Below are positions 61,320 to 64,000 of a stretch of DNA of 64,000 nucleotides, piece by piece. The notes beneath the pieces are model-generated. The model made no database searches, was not told where the DNA came from, and worked only from the letters and a program-made list of their open reading frames with translations. The stretch's first letter is position 1. Each line of letters opens with the position of its first letter. The DNA is from Lama glama. Its lineage: Eukaryota. The translations under genes were made by a program, and so were the position numbers. Location: NCBI GenBank assembly GCA_028534125.1, contig CM052816.1:77502001-77566000 (forward strand). Reading direction: 5' to 3'.

Positions 61320-61570
61320 ATGAACTTAATTAATATGGGCTAACTTTGAAGTGCCCATTATGTACCAAATATTTAAGTACCCTCCTAGGTACATTTCCAG
61401 TCATCATATTATCTCATTGATTTATCAGATAAAACCCTGGTGGTAGGTAGTATGAGCCTTAAATTTCAAGTGGAAATCGAAGGCTTAAAGAGATTAAGGA
61501 CTCTATCTGGGATCAGACAGCCATCAATTTCAAAGCTAGGATTCGAACCCAGGTCTCTTTGATTGGATTC
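61320..61570 (-). mobile_element. MIR SINE
   Basis: gtgcccattatgtaccaa...ggaaatcgaaggcttaaagagattaagg...ctaggattcgaacccaggtct. Confidence 0.75.
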
Positions 61571-62979
61571 TCGTTACAATTCCTCCAAGCTGAAGGGATG
61601 TGTGTTATGTGTGTAGGTTGTGGCCAAAGCCCATCAATTACTGCAAAACATCTATCAAAGGAAGGCTTCTTTTGCTGACCTAACAGTTTACTTGTTTTTT
61701 ACTTGTTTAACTACACCCATTAAGAGCTCCTAGAACATCAAAGAGATGCGTAAGAAACTCACAGAAAGCCTTGAATGCTAAACCTTGAAGTACACCACAC
61801 TGAAGGTCTAGCAAATACCATTTGCCAGTAAGGAGATGGCTAAACAGTAGAGGAATGGAAAACTTGGAGGAATGTGGAAGAATGACAAAGCCAGGCTGAG
61901 TCTCCTGGGCGTCCCCGAAATACCAAAAAGATCCTCTATGGGAGACACCGGGAGGATTTTGGAGCTATCCTCCAGCCACTACAGCTGCTTCTCATCTACA
62001 GACAGCCCCTCAGTCATCACATGTTTTGCAAAATACACACCAACCAGTCAGGAATATGACTGAAAGCAGTACCAGTTCATTGTACAGAGTGTCCCATGAC
62101 ATGAATGGAGCCTCTGCAGGTAAAGGGTGGAGAGCTTTGTTGGCAAGGTCCCTCCTGACTGCAGAGCTGGACTCAGGCACATCACAGTGATCATGTTGGT
62201 GTCCATGAGCTGCAGGAACACCTCTGGTTCATGGGAAGCATCAAGGGCTAGGGGTTGTCCACCTGGGTTCATGCCCTGGCTGTGCCTGTTTCCTCTTTGC
62301 TAAGTCATCTGCTCTTGACTTCCCAGTGCAGCAATGGTTTCAAGATCTAATGAGATCAGGTGCCTGAAAAAGTGCAGTGGTTCAACAAAATGTATCGACT
62401 GATTTTTGTTGGGAGTCAGTCCACACCATCTTCATCCCCATCAAAGCAGGCTGTGGTGTCTAAAAAATGATTTTTATATTTTAAGATGCAACTCTCACTG
62501 AATAAATTATTCTACCATGAATAGTCCTTTTTGTTATGGGACACAAATAGAAGGAGCCTCTAGAAAACTGTGGCAAAAACAAACTGGAGTTCTAGTTGAT
62601 GTGCCTTAAAAACTCACTCAATTTAACACACTGAGTAGTGACTTTACTTTCTAAAAGGGATTAATTTTACTTTTTGTAAAACGTAGGAAATACATAGCAA
62701 CAAATAGCATATAGGCACGTCAACCTGTTTTTGGATGCTACTGCAAACTGATCTAAGTCAGTCTGACTACTTTGCTTTTAGGATCTTTTATTAAACCATA
62801 GTAGCCTGTAACAAGTAAAGATACTCTCTGCTCTTCTACCAGGTTGGACATGACACTGAAAGCAAATTCCAGGCCAAATTCTGCCCCATATACACATACT
62901 CATGGCCAAGAAGTCACAAAAATTCTCAAATAACTTACTCTTCTTACATCCCTGATTGTCCTTTTAGGAATGCCAAAGG

Positions 62980-63343
62980 ACTATGTCAGCACCAGTGCAC
63001 CACATCTGAACTACATTTCCCGGTCTCCTTACAGTTGGGTTGGGGGCCTGTGACAGTGTTCTGGCCTGGCACATACACGTCTCTCACACAAGCCTCCTTT
63101 CCCTTTACCTTTCATGACACCTGGGAGGCCTGTTTTAAAGATGGTGACATTACAAGATGGAGGTATTAAAGATACATGACTCAAGGTATTCAGGTCACGG
63201 TTTGGAGGAGGGCAGCCCAAGAGAGCCACCCAACAAGGAACATTCACTTTGGACTTGGAGTAAGTGAAAAATAAATTTTATGTCAAGCCACGGAGATTTG
63301 GAGTTGTTTGTTATGCAGCAAGCACCTTGCTGAGGCAGATACA
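62980..63343. mobile_element. MaLR LTR (MLT1J-like)
   Basis: actacatttcccggtctccttacagttggg...aagatggtgacattacaagatggagg...aagccacggagatttggagttgtttgttatgcagca. Confidence 0.75.
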
Positions 63344-63358
63344 TCAGTATTCTAATGG

Positions 63359-63560
63359 CAGGATCAGCAAATCATCTAGGGGGACCAGGCAAATGAGTCT
63401 ACTGTGAAGTGAGGAAGATACAAGATTGAATGGAGCTCTGGCCCAACGCCAGAGCAGCCTGACTGTTGGGCTTGCTGGATTGTTACTCTTTGTCCATGCA
63501 AAGATAGAGGGACATGTACAATCTTTTTAGCCAATCACATATTTCAGCAAGGAAAACATT
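63359..63560. mobile_element. hAT-Charlie (MER102-like) fragment
   Basis: cagcaaatcatctagggggaccaggcaaatgag...gtgaag resembles the MER102 5' end. Confidence 0.45.
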
Positions 63561-63740
63561 ATCTCTAACATAATTTATGCTTATTAACAAATCCTCTAGC
63601 TTGGATTTTTGATAACATCACTTGACGTATTTTCCCAGTGACCTTTGAGAGTGGACTTCATAGTAAAGTTCTTCGAGTGGTAATTAACCAGCCAGCAAAG
63701 AGGTGAAGTTCAAAATATTTAACCACTGGTACAGCACAAC

Positions 63741-64000
63741 TGGTACCAGGTCCAAACTCGTTTTGCTAGCCTTACAACAGGCCAATAAATCGGGAGCTGA
63801 TGTGTTGCGGCAAGGAATAACAACTTTATTCAGAAAGCCAGCAGACTGAGAGGATGGGGGACCAATGTCCTAGAGAATCATCTTACCCAAGTCAGAACTC
63901 AGGCTCCTTTCATACTAAAAAGGGGAGAGGGAGTGGTTGGTTGCTGCAAACTTCTTGGTGTCAGAATCTTTGTTCCTGCCGCTGTCCATGTAGGTCAGGT
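63741..64000 (-). mobile_element. Cetartiodactyl ERV LTR (runs off the window end)
   Basis: accaggtccaaactcg...acaggccaataaatcg...ggcaaggaataacaactttattcagaaagccagcagactgagaggatgg. On the minus strand AATAAA is at 63825-63830 and a degenerate TATA lies near 63908-63914. Confidence 0.75.

Larger units (their letters stand above)
15111..64000 (-). other. EGFLAM: EGFLAM intron 1 (partial; signal-peptide exon 1 presumably beyond the window end)
   Basis: The exon-2 acceptor is at 15111-15112. I saw no CpG-island promoter or MDLIRG-like signal-peptide exon in the remaining 49 kb, and mammalian EGFLAM is known to have a very long first intron. Confidence 0.85.

Noticed and set aside
435..63247. The many 60-163 aa ORFs in the supplied track as genes
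   Set aside because: They are short, overlap on both strands, often lie in repeats and show no recognisable domains. Of those overlapping EGFLAM exons, only 13738..13995 reads an exon in its true frame.

Overview
Mammalian genomic DNA, most likely a camelid (alpaca/camel): it carries three short tRNA-Ala-derived SINEs of the Vic-1 type, and I saw no Alu, Bov-tA/BovB, PRE-1 or Can-SINE. The whole window lies inside EGFLAM (pikachurin, the photoreceptor-synapse extracellular matrix protein) on the minus strand. Four coding exons are readable with canonical GT-AG sites and consistent phases: exon 2 (15001-15110), exon 3 (13861-13944), exon 4 (3040-3157) and exon 5 (1684-1819). They encode the first FN3 domain and the start of the second. 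Positions 15111-64000 are the distal part of the long intron 1; exon 1 and exons 6 onward are outside the window. The rest is ordinary intronic sequence rich in old repeats (MIR, L2, L1, HAL1, MaLR/ERVL LTRs, hAT and Tigger DNA transposons), plus a few younger lineage-specific insertions with intact target-site duplications (TSDs). Apart from partial overlaps with the EGFLAM exons, the supplied ORFs look spurious. I found no convincing novel biological system. The best leads are modest, testable hypotheses: an inverted SINE pair around exons 2-3, cryptic exons in intron 1, an intact solo ERV LTR, a young L1 insertion, and CRX/CTCF motif candidates. Repeat family names come from recognising consensus motifs by eye, and repeat boundaries are approximate unless a TSD is cited.
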